64,000 nt of DNA from IMG/VR virus record IMGVR_UViG_3300028840_004184, positions 1 through 64,000 of that record, one strand, 5' to 3'. The stretch comes from a virus. Every line of letters starts with the position of its first letter. The first letter of the stretch is position 1. The notes beneath the pieces are model-generated. The model was not told the DNA's origin and made no database searches. It worked only from the letters and a program-made list of their open reading frames with translations. The translations under genes were made by a program, and so were the position numbers. Shown in pieces: positions 9,365 through 19,519 of this stretch.

Positions 9365-12179
9365 CTTGTCAGTTTATGATAGTAATCTGTTAATGTTTTA
9401 TAGGTTTGATTCACCTAGTGGTGGTGCTATTCAGAATCGTGCATATTACCGTCCTAGAACTCAGCCCGATGGTTCTGATTTGAATACTGATTTGGCTTGG
9501 TACGATAATCATATTGCTGCTTCTCCTGGTATTCCTGGTTATCATGCGTGGAAGTTGGTAGACTTGACTGAACTTCATGCTTCGGGTTTGGGTGAATTAT
9601 ATTTACCTGGTCAGTGGGGAAGTCCTAGCGGTAATGCATTTACAGACAATGGTCATCATTTGGCTATATCTGGCTTGTTGTATGATCATACTATGACGAC
9701 GAGCATATCTCATCTTCACAAGCTGAGGTTAGAGGATGATAGTGACGCTAATTTAGATGGTACTTCAATTGCACAAGCTATGGCTTCAGGCGATGTTACT
9801 TTTGGTGGATGGGTCAGGTCTTTTACGTATAAGCCTTTGACATATATGTCTATGATTGGTTTTACTCAGGTTAATACTGGGTTTAGTTCGCCATGGCTGT
9901 TTTTAGAACAAAATAATACTGGTGATAGAGACTTTGAATTAAATTTGGTTAATGCTGGTACTTTGACAACTGGTGCTGGGAAACCCTCTGGTAGTACTGG
10001 TGGTCTTCCTGGAGATATGAATGTATATAATCCTCCGTGGGGAGGATGGAACCACGTCGCGTTTTCTCTAAAGTATGGTGGTGATGGTGGGGGCATATAT
10101 GCTAGATCTTATTTAAATGGTCATCAGGTTGAAACAAGTAATAATGCTAATTGGGACGCGAAGAGGTTTGTCGCAAGGTTTTTCTATGTTGGTGGCTTGA
10201 ATTCTACTACTAATAGTGTTGGACAGGGGTGTACTGCATGGAAAGACTTTTTCTTGTTCGATCGCGTTTTATCTTCTGGTGAAATTTATCATGTTTTTAA
10301 TAATAGTATAAGTGAAACGCCAATATTAACAAGCCAGGATAATGATTTGCTTTTGTGGTATCGGTTTGTTGAGCATAGTGGAGTACCTGTCAGAAGCTGG
10401 GCAGCAAATACGCCGAACCAGGATCTGAGTGGTGGGTCACTTGATCCTTATCTTTATTGGCATGATTATCCACCAGATCCGATTTATGGTTTATTTAGAG
10501 TAGAGGCCGATTTGCCTGAGGCGTCTGGGGCGTGGTTTCCTTCGCAGTGGAATGCTCAGTATCCTGATCAGGTTAGAGTTTGTGCTTCTGGTAATACTAC
10601 TAATCCGTTCCACGGCATCCGTGGAACAAATATAGATCACTCTGATATTAGTCATGCTATTTCTTCTGGTAGTTTTACCATGTCCATGTGGGTAAATCCT
10701 AGATATTATTCTTCATACAGGGTCCCATTTGTTTGGAGCAGGGGTGATGAAGACACTGTTTCTATTGGATTGAATTGTACGAGTGCATCGCAAGTTAGAA
10801 TTAGATATAACGATGGTACTGGTAGCGATCACTCTTTGTATAGCACTAGTAATCCGCCGTCTGGTTATTTTTGGAATCATGTGTGTGTTGTACATCCCAG
10901 TGGTGGGTTTGACGGTTCTTCCGATACAGCCAGACTGTATGTGAATGGTAGTTTGGCAGGCAGTACTACTGATCCAGATTTCAATAGTCTTGCTGTGCCT
11001 TATTTGGTCAGTTTTTTCAATTACCATGATGAATGGTCAGATTCTCAATTTTTGGGTGGTATTAAGGATTTTACGCTTTGGAAGAGGACACTGGAGCCAC
11101 ACGAGATCCGCTCTTTGTTTGGTCGCGGTATTGATTTAATTTCAAGTAAGGCGAGTGGGACGATCGGCGGACATACGCTTGGTCGTACTAGGACATCTGG
11201 TGTATTCGGTGGATATATTGATGCGTGGGCTTATCAGGCTAGCGGTGTTTTTGGTGGTCACACGCTTGGTAGATGGCGTGGATCTGGTGTGCATGGCGGA
11301 TATGTTTTTTGTGGCAATAGGGTGTCTGGTGTACATGGTGGATTTATTTATTGTAGTGGTATAGGCTCTGGTGTCCATGGTGGATATTGTTTTGGTATTT
11401 TAAAAGCTTCTGGTGCTATAGGTGGTCGTACTTTTTCTGTGGTCAAGACTAGCGGAGCGTGTGGTGGTTTTGTTCATTGTGGTTTACAGGGGTCTGGTGT
11501 ATTTGACTCGTCTATGAGGGTCAGAGCAATTACGTTTTCTGATGTTGATGCTTTAGTAGAGGTTAAAAATACAATTAATAAGGATTTTGATGCCGAAATA
11601 GAAGTTTACAAAAACGAAAGACCTCCATTTGTAGCCATAGAGTATCCCCCACCAGAGATTGTTAGTGGTATACCACCTAGCAGTGTGTGGTTTGTAGGTA
11701 GTGGTGTCGCCGTGGACGGTAAGCAGATAGACAGTGCTAAGTATCTTTTCGGTGATTTAACATCTCACGCCAATGGTATTCCGTCTGGCAGCGACCAATA
11801 TGTTTCTACGTATACTTATGCTAATAGTGGTCTTTATATAGCTACATTGCGGGTTGTAGATAATAATGGGTTGGTTGGCAGCGACTCTGTTATTGTTGAT
11901 CTTGCTAGTGGCGTTCCGTTACCAGATGTTGAATTAACAGCTAGTCCACGTAGTGGAAACGCCCCACTATCTGTTGATTTTGATTATAGTGTTACTAGTG
12001 TACCCAATGGCGTAACTGTTACATCAGCTATTTTATATTTTGGTAATGGACAGTCAACAGTTAACCCAGATACTACCTATGTGTACAGAGAACCTGGGGT
12101 TTACACTCCTATATTGTGTATTTTGGATAGTAGGGGTATCATTACGTGTGATTCATTAACGATTGGGGTTAATAATTAA
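9357..12179 (+). CDS. Tail fibre/adhesin-like protein: two LamG (ConA-like) domains, 14-aa SGxxGG repeats, C-terminal PKD-like domains
   Basis: Duplicated LamG motifs (WNHVAF/WNHVCV, YLNG/YVNG, DRVLSSGEI/KRTLEPHEI). PKD-type motifs (YTYANSGLYIATLRVVDNNG, SGNAPLSVDF, FGNG...YVYREPGVY). Confidence 0.7.
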   Translation: MSSLSVYDSNLLMFYRFDSPSGGAIQNRAYYRPRTQPDGSDLNTDLAWYDNHIAASPGIPGYHAWKLVDLTELHASGLGELYLPGQWGSPSGNAFTDNGHHLAISGLLYDHTMTTSISHLHKLRLEDDSDANLDGTSIAQAMASGDVTFGGWVRSFTYKPLTYMSMIGFTQVNTGFSSPWLFLEQNNTGDRDFELNLVNAGTLTTGAGKPSGSTGGLPGDMNVYNPPWGGWNHVAFSLKYGGDGGGIYARSYLNGHQVETSNNANWDAKRFVARFFYVGGLNSTTNSVGQGCTAWKDFFLFDRVLSSGEIYHVFNNSISETPILTSQDNDLLLWYRFVEHSGVPVRSWAANTPNQDLSGGSLDPYLYWHDYPPDPIYGLFRVEADLPEASGAWFPSQWNAQYPDQVRVCASGNTTNPFHGIRGTNIDHSDISHAISSGSFTMSMWVNPRYYSSYRVPFVWSRGDEDTVSIGLNCTSASQVRIRYNDGTGSDHSLYSTSNPPSGYFWNHVCVVHPSGGFDGSSDTARLYVNGSLAGSTTDPDFNSLAVPYLVSFFNYHDEWSDSQFLGGIKDFTLWKRTLEPHEIRSLFGRGIDLISSKASGTIGGHTLGRTRTSGVFGGYIDAWAYQASGVFGGHTLGRWRGSGVHGGYVFCGNRVSGVHGGFIYCSGIGSGVHGGYCFGILKASGAIGGRTFSVVKTSGACGGFVHCGLQGSGVFDSSMRVRAITFSDVDALVEVKNTINKDFDAEIEVYKNERPPFVAIEYPPPEIVSGIPPSSVWFVGSGVAVDGKQIDSAKYLFGDLTSHANGIPSGSDQYVSTYTYANSGLYIATLRVVDNNGLVGSDSVIVDLASGVPLPDVELTASPRSGNAPLSVDFDYSVTSVPNGVTVTSAILYFGNGQSTVNPDTTYVYREPGVYTPILCILDSRGIITCDSLTIGVNN
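11151..11507 (+). repeat. In-frame tandem repeat, about 9 units of ~42 nt (14 aa, SGxxGG...)
   Basis: SGTIGGHTLGRTRT/SGVFGGYIDAWAYQA/SGVFGGHTLGRWRG/SGVHGGYVFCGNRV/SGVHGGFIYCSGIG/SGVHGGYCFGILKA/SGAIGGRTFSVVKT/SGACGGFVHCGLQG/SGVF. Confidence 0.85.
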
Positions 12180-15100
12180 TGGCTAATAATACTATATTAG
12201 TTAGCGGCGTTGGTGTGCCGGATTTTGCTATACCGTTTCCTAGCGGTCAGATTGATGCTGGTTATCCAGGATCTAATCTGTATGCATTTTTAGCCAGTGC
12301 AAATGCTAATTTTGGTTTTAATTTAACGCCTAATACTCTGGAAATGAATTTTATGCCTGTGCCTCGTGATGAGACTATATATCATGGTGCTAGTGGAAAT
12401 TTACCAACCGTCGGTATGTTTCTTGAGATGTTTATTGAGGATTTTTATTTTCGTGGTAGAATCAATCATGCTGATTATAATAATAGTGATGCTGGTACAA
12501 TTATACGTATTACTCTAGAAGATACAAGACGTTCTTTAGACAAAATAAAAATACACACAGAGGATCTTGGCGATAATGTACCTAGCGGTGTTGTGTCTAT
12601 AGGCAGAGCCTACCGTATTTTGCATGGTTTGACTGATGATGATGGTGCTGAGGTTGATGGGCTTGTTTTTGAATATAACGAGATTATGGATCGTGGGGCT
12701 ACATATAGTCAAATAATCGAAGCCTTACAGCTAGCTATTAATGAAAGACAAATTAATTTATCAATCAACCAAGTGCCTCCATTAAGTAAGCTTGAAGCTA
12801 ATATTGGTGGTACTATTGAGGCCTTGCGATTTAAATTTGATATGACAAGTTTAACAGAGGCCATAACGACCGTGTTGCAAGACTGTGCATACGATTGGTA
12901 TTGGAATATGAATACCAATAGTGTCTCTTTGATAAATCGTAAAGCTGCATTTGAATTGACCGAATCTAATTTAATGAGCCTAATTAATAAAGTGAGTGGT
13001 TATAGCGATGTGTCAGAGGGGACTAAGCGACTTGGTTTTGGCGAGGACGCCGTTCAAGAACCAACAAGGTTCCGTTTATTGGGTGGGCGACAGCAGGGTT
13101 TTATTAATTCGGAGTTATTGAGTCCTGTTGATGGTTTGGATACGTCGTCTCTTGATAATAATGTGACTTTTGTCCCGGCGTGGTCTGATATCAGTGTTGG
13201 ATTTTACGATGCTGATGGTTTTTATAGAACGTATACTCCCACAGATAAAGAATTACAAATGGCTCTCGCTGGTATTGAGCACTGGACTTATTTCAAAATC
13301 TATCAGTCTGAGCCAGCACCAGATGGGTTTGGCTTAGCATCAGATGTTGGGTCTATTGCAGCACAGCATTCGACTTTTCAAAGCAGATTTGATCCTTCTG
13401 AAACTTTGGCTGATATGGTTGCCGGTTCTGATGCAGATAATAGTTTGCGTATTATTAATAATCGTAGAGATGAAGAACATAATTGGGTGAATGATTTTTT
13501 TAATAGAGTAAATAATCATGCCCAGAGGCATTTCGGTAGATCATATGTTGCTGAGGGTATTGCCTATAATGAATCATCAGGTTTATTTAAGCCAATAGAT
13601 GCTGCCTGGTGCAACATAGAGAATCAAATAGAGGGACAAAGCGTTGGTGTCAGCGGATCTTTTGGTCCGTTTGTAGATGATTATGAGATCAATCGTTTAT
13701 TTGGTCCAGTTGCACCGTTTTTAACCGATGATTTTCGCGTATCGGCACACTGTGTACTCCCACCAGATACTCGTTATGGAGCGGATGGAGACCAGGCACC
13801 GGCTAGTTTTTCTGAGTGGACAGAAGACGCACCACCATTTAATCCATCTGGCAATGGCTATCATTACATACCGTGTTCTATTTCTGTGGTTGGAAGAAGA
13901 GTCAAAAATCCTCGTAGTGATGACTTGTATAGTTTTGAAGATTATCCTGATGGGACGCTATGGGTGCAATTGCCTACTATTGCTGGTTCGAAAAGCGAGG
14001 ATAGCGTGTTAGCTAATTTATCCACTTTAATCGAATTGAGCAGGAGTGCAAGTAGTCAGGGATTATTTGATGTTGCTAATCCAGCACAATTAATAGAGCC
14101 ATACAGTTCTTTAAGTGGTGTTGCTATTCCCGTTGAGTCACGTATACGCTATGGACAAAATTTCCCATCCCAGTGGGTTTTGGGCGACGAGCATTATCAG
14201 CGTGGTGAAGACGTTGTTGTTGATGATGCATTTGTTCCTTGGGGCTTTTATCCTGTTGGTAATGATACTTCGTTGGAGGTTATGACCAATAGGGCTGTGA
14301 GAAAAGTACAAGGACGCTTTGTTGACAATATATTTTCAAGATATGCTGATATTAGTCAGGTTGGATTGCCGACAGTTGGTTTTGATAGTTTCGCGGACCA
14401 GGGTGCCAGTGCTTCCGGAGTTTATGGTGAAAGATCCCATGGTGTTACAGAGCTTAATATTGTTATTGGACAGACTGGGTATGAAACAAGATATAAAATT
14501 GCGTCATATTTTGCTACATTTGGAAGAGAGGCCCCACTTGGTGAAAGACAAAGGACACAAGTTAATGGTATTTTACATCCGATAGATTATACTCTTTTAA
14601 CATTAACTAATCCTATCCCTGGTGATCCATCCTCACCAGCGGTAGCTGACTCTTTATATAGTATACCGCCTTCAGTAGGTGATAAGAAAACAGCACGTAG
14701 AGTAACAATCACTGAGGTAAATGATGTCTTTACGTTAGTCTACAAGAATAATCCAGCACTAGGTCCTATACAGGAACGTTATCGTGGTAAGACTGAAACT
14801 GGTGATTATGATGCACCTAATCCTAATCGAGGATCACATATCGATTATACAAATGGTGCTATATGCGTGGATGGTTTTTTGAATTACAGTGATAGGGCTA
14901 TGTATCATACGGATGATTACGAGCTTGCTACAGGCAATGTTGTCTATCGTTATTTCACTGGTGGTCGTAAATTCGGTGCTGGGAATATTGTCGATGTAAA
15001 AGAATACCTTGGTTATGATGGTACATATCATAGATATAACGTAGAGATGGTTCAGGGAGCGGGTCGTGCCTTAATTAATACTCCTCTCCTTAATGGTACA

Positions 15101-15439
15101 CTGAATATTAATGATAAAACTACGCTTGTTGCTGATGGCGGTGCTTCGGTTCAGCCGGGCAATGCACCGAGTGGTGTTTATCTTAATAGTGCCGGTGGCG
15201 GAGGAGGCACGCCGGTCATTATCCAGAGTATTACTAGTGCTGGTACATTGGACGCTTATGCTTATGCTCAACCGGTTAATGGCGATTTGGACCCGGATGC
15301 TACGCGTAGTGCTGTAAGTGGAGTACCATTCCCATATCCTCCTTATGCCCAAACTGGTGACATGGGGCTTTGGTCAACCACGTCAGATGGGAGAAATGTT
15401 ATTTATGTAAGCAGGTTACCGATTAGGAGTATCGACTAA
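12179..15439 (+). CDS. Large tail/baseplate protein
   Basis: 1086 aa, acidic and beta-rich, in the tail module, translationally coupled (TAATG). Confidence 0.6.
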   Translation: MANNTILVSGVGVPDFAIPFPSGQIDAGYPGSNLYAFLASANANFGFNLTPNTLEMNFMPVPRDETIYHGASGNLPTVGMFLEMFIEDFYFRGRINHADYNNSDAGTIIRITLEDTRRSLDKIKIHTEDLGDNVPSGVVSIGRAYRILHGLTDDDGAEVDGLVFEYNEIMDRGATYSQIIEALQLAINERQINLSINQVPPLSKLEANIGGTIEALRFKFDMTSLTEAITTVLQDCAYDWYWNMNTNSVSLINRKAAFELTESNLMSLINKVSGYSDVSEGTKRLGFGEDAVQEPTRFRLLGGRQQGFINSELLSPVDGLDTSSLDNNVTFVPAWSDISVGFYDADGFYRTYTPTDKELQMALAGIEHWTYFKIYQSEPAPDGFGLASDVGSIAAQHSTFQSRFDPSETLADMVAGSDADNSLRIINNRRDEEHNWVNDFFNRVNNHAQRHFGRSYVAEGIAYNESSGLFKPIDAAWCNIENQIEGQSVGVSGSFGPFVDDYEINRLFGPVAPFLTDDFRVSAHCVLPPDTRYGADGDQAPASFSEWTEDAPPFNPSGNGYHYIPCSISVVGRRVKNPRSDDLYSFEDYPDGTLWVQLPTIAGSKSEDSVLANLSTLIELSRSASSQGLFDVANPAQLIEPYSSLSGVAIPVESRIRYGQNFPSQWVLGDEHYQRGEDVVVDDAFVPWGFYPVGNDTSLEVMTNRAVRKVQGRFVDNIFSRYADISQVGLPTVGFDSFADQGASASGVYGERSHGVTELNIVIGQTGYETRYKIASYFATFGREAPLGERQRTQVNGILHPIDYTLLTLTNPIPGDPSSPAVADSLYSIPPSVGDKKTARRVTITEVNDVFTLVYKNNPALGPIQERYRGKTETGDYDAPNPNRGSHIDYTNGAICVDGFLNYSDRAMYHTDDYELATGNVVYRYFTGGRKFGAGNIVDVKEYLGYDGTYHRYNVEMVQGAGRALINTPLLNGTLNINDKTTLVADGGASVQPGNAPSGVYLNSAGGGGGTPVIIQSITSAGTLDAYAYAQPVNGDLDPDATRSAVSGVPFPYPPYAQTGDMGLWSTTSDGRNVIYVSRLPIRSID

Positions 15440-15440
15440 G

Positions 15441-18400
15441 ATGACTATGGCTTCAGGACAGAGGCCGTTTGATTATGACAGACAGCCATTTCCATTCATT
15501 ATTCCAGAAAACACTGGTAATACCAGTGGTGCGATGAATCCATTCCCAGAATATGGGGAGCCTTATTTTATTTACGCTCATCACCTTGGTCAAGCCTGGT
15601 TTGCTAATTTAGCTCAGTTAAGGAGCTTGCCAGATGGTCATCCTGATCAAAATGTATATCCTGCAATAGACAGAAATTGTCGTGGTATTATCCATGTACC
15701 GTCCGGTCAGATAGATCATCCCCAGCTAATAGCCCCACATATTTTCGAACCAGACCCAAGTGGTAATGCGTGGTTGTCGATGACAGCTAGGGACGATACC
15801 GGCGATGTTCTTTTGCAAAATGTTTCAGCCCATATTCAAGTCGATACTTATGGCCATTATATTTCTTGGTTAAGGAGTATGATGAACAATATTTTTGCTG
15901 CTCAGTCGCTTGATTATGATAATAAAAGTATGGGCGAGATGCGTTATGATTATTTATTGGCTTATTTTCCTCGTAGTAGTGGTTTGTATTTTGACCCTAA
16001 TGCGACTGAATTTTTAGACATTAGTTTGGCTGAAGTTCAATATAACCCCTATCCTCGTATAGCTGGTGATCCTCCATTCCCCTATGTTGGTGATTATTAT
16101 TGGACGCGTTATGCTGGGCAGTGGGGCGGAGACGTTAGTGCAGATGATGAAGATTATAGATTTGTTATTAACGGTTATTTGTATTATGATAATTTATTGA
16201 GTACGTCTGATTATGGTATAAATTATAACATTTATAGGAATTATTTTTCTAGATATTCTTGGAGGGGGTCTCCAGCTAGATCGTCACCCCTAGATGATGA
16301 TGATTATATAGCTCTTTCTAGGGAGCTACTTACTAAGTTTGGAACTATCGATGTTTTTGGTCCTGTTTTTCCTTGTTGTCAATCTTTCGATGGTAGCTTG
16401 ACTTCTCCGCATAGCGGTGATGATAGTAAATATGAGGAACCTCCGTCTCAATGGTTTGTCGATGGTGCGGCCATGGGCAAGGAGCCTGGGCAGTATACTA
16501 TTGAGCAGTCTGATACTATATATAATAAATTCAGTGATGTTATATATCCTCTGGAAGCCGACATGGATGATTTTGATGACTTTATGGCGTTTTATTACTG
16601 GAATTATCCTTATCTGTCTGCTGGGTGGGTGTATGGTGGTTCTCCAAGAAACGTATCTTTGGCTGAGCATGCTTCTTTGCATGCACTGAATGATGCTGAG
16701 CCGTTGTTGTATGGATATATTCCTGGTGATATGCTTATAGGCTATATGGCATGGTGTAGTCAAGATAATGCCAATAGTATTAGAATAGATGGAGAAGGTC
16801 TTATTCCTAATTTGACACGGATGCGTATTTGTGATTTGTCAAGTCGTGATTACGATAAATGGGTATCTACGTCTGGTCTTGTGTATCATGCTACTGGTGA
16901 TTATATTGTGCAGTCTGGTAGTAGAGAAGTCCATAATAGCGTAGACGCAAGAAATGTAAACGTTAGTTCACACTGGGGACGTAACCCAGCAACGAAAAAT
17001 GGTTTCCCATCGTATTCTGGTGAGCCAGTTCGTTATATTCTTGATGAAGATTTCACTGCTGTACAAACAAGCGGCTATGTACCGAGTATTAAAGATCGTA
17101 GGGCATGGTTTCCAATGCCTGATTGTAATAACCCTAGTGCCGCGAGTGGTGAACAGGAGTTGATATTTATAGAACCTATCTTCGCTGAACGTAGGAACGT
17201 TAAGAAAATATTGGTACAGAATGATACAAGTTATAGTAGTCGTGGTGTTTGTAATGCCGCTGCTCCTTCGGGGTTTTTGAGTGTATGGCCGTCTAATCCG
17301 TTGTTCCAAAACGGTAGCGGCGTTGGTTATCATGTGATGGATAAAGGCATTTGGATGCGTAAACATCCAGCAAGTTGTGGGATGACGTTGGTGTCTCCAT
17401 ATAATGGTCAGGAGTTGTTATTTAAGAGAGCGGAAGATAAGATACAAACATGGGGGACTCAGAATGATACATGGCGTATAGAGGTTAGACCTGGGAATGA
17501 CTTTCATTATCCTGAATATTATAATACAGCAGTTAATGCGTGGCGGAAAAATATGTTTTTTCGTGATCCTTATGCTATTAAAGAGGAAGTGACGCCGCAA
17601 GAGACCCATGCACAAGTCCCACAGTTGGCTTTACCGCATAATACATATTTGAGAGAATTCACTGGTGAGAGATCCTATGTAGCCTCTTGGTATAGGAACA
17701 AGGAGGAGCAAGTAGCTCATACTGACGGTACTTATACTATTTTTAATTTAGCAGCACAAGTGTCGTCATTTGATGATTATAAGATTTCGCGAGAGGATTA
17801 CTTGGAGCCAGATAATTACAATTTTTGGTGGCATGATGAGGTTGATCCAACTAATCCGCCTGATCTTCCTGTAATGTCTGACTGGGGATCTACTCGCATT
17901 TATTATCCTATCGATAGTGGTTATTGGCATAAAACAAGGGGCGGGAATGCTATTCCACCTAGCTTTGTTCCGCAGGGGGGTGTCGGCTTAGATCAAACGC
18001 CTGATATATATTTATTACACCCTCACGCCAAATATTCTCCTTTAAGATCACAGAGTAGTTTAATTGGTACTTTTACTGCTGGAAGAACATCCACGATTAA
18101 TGATGATTTTTATGGTCTAGAGGGTGATGATGCTGGGAAAAATAGTTTGACGTGTGATGTTGATGTCTATATAGCAAATAAGCCCTATTTGCAATTTGAT
18201 ATTCCTGGGTTGACTATACAGCGTAGCGGTGAAGCTACGATAGATATGTCTCATAGTATGCTTGAGGGTATTTTAAAAGAAGGAACCCTGAAGCCAGGGT
18301 TCAGTATTACACAGAGACGTGAGTGGGTGTTGCGTACTACCACCTATCGTTGGTTTGATGGAGAGGAAATCAATAACGAGGAAGTTGTAGATGTTTATCA

Positions 18401-19490
18401 ACATCAAGTTGCTTTTGATGGTTTTTTAATTATGCGACTTGAAATGTATGGTTTACAAGAAAGCTCTAAGGGGGGTATAGTAGAGGGATGGGGAAGGCTA
18501 TATGAAACGGCGTCTGCTGGTGTAACCGAGACTATAAATCCGGATAAAGATTGGCCTAATATGTCAACTGATTATGTCAGACCGGAAAATCCAGGAGAAA
18601 CCCAAGAAGAAGATAGAGTCAAGTATTCTTTATATCATGTTGATTATTGGTCTTCGAGTCAATATGGATGGGGGTCAGTTCCTAGATATAGACCATATCA
18701 AGCAGATCATATTGGTCAGGACCAGTATGATTCTATGAACGGTTCGCGTTTTTTCAGAGTGTGGTTTGATCCCAATGACGATTCTATTGTTATTCATTGC
18801 GAGGACGACTTGCATGATCTGAAGAGATATGGGCTATTGCTTGGTAATAGTCTTTATAGATATGATGTTGTGAATAGAGAAAGTGGTGGTATCGCGAATG
18901 TATTGCATTCCACCAGAGAAGATGAAGACTTTCTCCCCGGCATGAATCCAGGCGATCTGCCTGGGTGGGACCCGTATGTACCAGGACCACCAGGGGCTGC
19001 TACTAGGCGTGCTATGAATCAGGATTATCAAGATGCCAAGAAATGTGTTATGAGTTTTACGTGGGTTGAAGATGAATTAGTCGCTGCTGTGGAAATGTAT
19101 GATCAGCAATATGGTTCTACTATTGTTAATCATGGCAGGAAATGCGAGATCGCTACACTAGATCCTGATACTGGTATTTTTGACAATGAAAGAGCCAATA
19201 TGATTTTCGCTATGCCAGGCAGGATGTTTACTAAACAAAGACCTTTGCTCGAAGACAGGGCTGTGACTACCCCTGGTACTGCGTTTGTTGAGTTGCCAAT
19301 TTGGGATTATATTGATCCATATCAGTACGAACATTATCGTTACGGTGGGTGGCTTAACGCATTTGCTGGATATGGTGATATTGTTATAGAAGACGATCCT
19401 GATTATGGGGTTACTCCATTTTCAATTTTTGTTTATTCGTCAGAAGTTAGCGATATGTGGCCAAAGATAGTGTATACTAATATATCATAG
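15441..19490 (+). CDS. Large putative tail/receptor-binding structural protein
   Basis: 1349 aa, rich in Tyr/Trp/Pro/Asp, in the tail module; no family recognised. Confidence 0.5.
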   Translation: MTMASGQRPFDYDRQPFPFIIPENTGNTSGAMNPFPEYGEPYFIYAHHLGQAWFANLAQLRSLPDGHPDQNVYPAIDRNCRGIIHVPSGQIDHPQLIAPHIFEPDPSGNAWLSMTARDDTGDVLLQNVSAHIQVDTYGHYISWLRSMMNNIFAAQSLDYDNKSMGEMRYDYLLAYFPRSSGLYFDPNATEFLDISLAEVQYNPYPRIAGDPPFPYVGDYYWTRYAGQWGGDVSADDEDYRFVINGYLYYDNLLSTSDYGINYNIYRNYFSRYSWRGSPARSSPLDDDDYIALSRELLTKFGTIDVFGPVFPCCQSFDGSLTSPHSGDDSKYEEPPSQWFVDGAAMGKEPGQYTIEQSDTIYNKFSDVIYPLEADMDDFDDFMAFYYWNYPYLSAGWVYGGSPRNVSLAEHASLHALNDAEPLLYGYIPGDMLIGYMAWCSQDNANSIRIDGEGLIPNLTRMRICDLSSRDYDKWVSTSGLVYHATGDYIVQSGSREVHNSVDARNVNVSSHWGRNPATKNGFPSYSGEPVRYILDEDFTAVQTSGYVPSIKDRRAWFPMPDCNNPSAASGEQELIFIEPIFAERRNVKKILVQNDTSYSSRGVCNAAAPSGFLSVWPSNPLFQNGSGVGYHVMDKGIWMRKHPASCGMTLVSPYNGQELLFKRAEDKIQTWGTQNDTWRIEVRPGNDFHYPEYYNTAVNAWRKNMFFRDPYAIKEEVTPQETHAQVPQLALPHNTYLREFTGERSYVASWYRNKEEQVAHTDGTYTIFNLAAQVSSFDDYKISREDYLEPDNYNFWWHDEVDPTNPPDLPVMSDWGSTRIYYPIDSGYWHKTRGGNAIPPSFVPQGGVGLDQTPDIYLLHPHAKYSPLRSQSSLIGTFTAGRTSTINDDFYGLEGDDAGKNSLTCDVDVYIANKPYLQFDIPGLTIQRSGEATIDMSHSMLEGILKEGTLKPGFSITQRREWVLRTTTYRWFDGEEINNEEVVDVYQHQVAFDGFLIMRLEMYGLQESSKGGIVEGWGRLYETASAGVTETINPDKDWPNMSTDYVRPENPGETQEEDRVKYSLYHVDYWSSSQYGWGSVPRYRPYQADHIGQDQYDSMNGSRFFRVWFDPNDDSIVIHCEDDLHDLKRYGLLLGNSLYRYDVVNRESGGIANVLHSTREDEDFLPGMNPGDLPGWDPYVPGPPGAATRRAMNQDYQDAKKCVMSFTWVEDELVAAVEMYDQQYGSTIVNHGRKCEIATLDPDTGIFDNERANMIFAMPGRMFTKQRPLLEDRAVTTPGTAFVELPIWDYIDPYQYEHYRYGGWLNAFAGYGDIVIEDDPDYGVTPFSIFVYSSEVSDMWPKIVYTNIS
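19468..19484 (+). promoter_or_regulatory. Candidate promoter motif, copy 2
   Basis: TAGTGTATACTAATATA about 35 nt upstream of the ATG at 19520. Confidence 0.4.
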
Positions 19491-19519
19491 ATTTTATTTT
19501 CGATATAAGGAGGTTGAAG

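Noticed and set aside
11151-11507. Repeat array as CRISPR or DGR template/variable repeat
   Set aside because: Repeats are degenerate at DNA level, in frame and protein-coding; no spacers, cas operon or reverse transcriptase in the window
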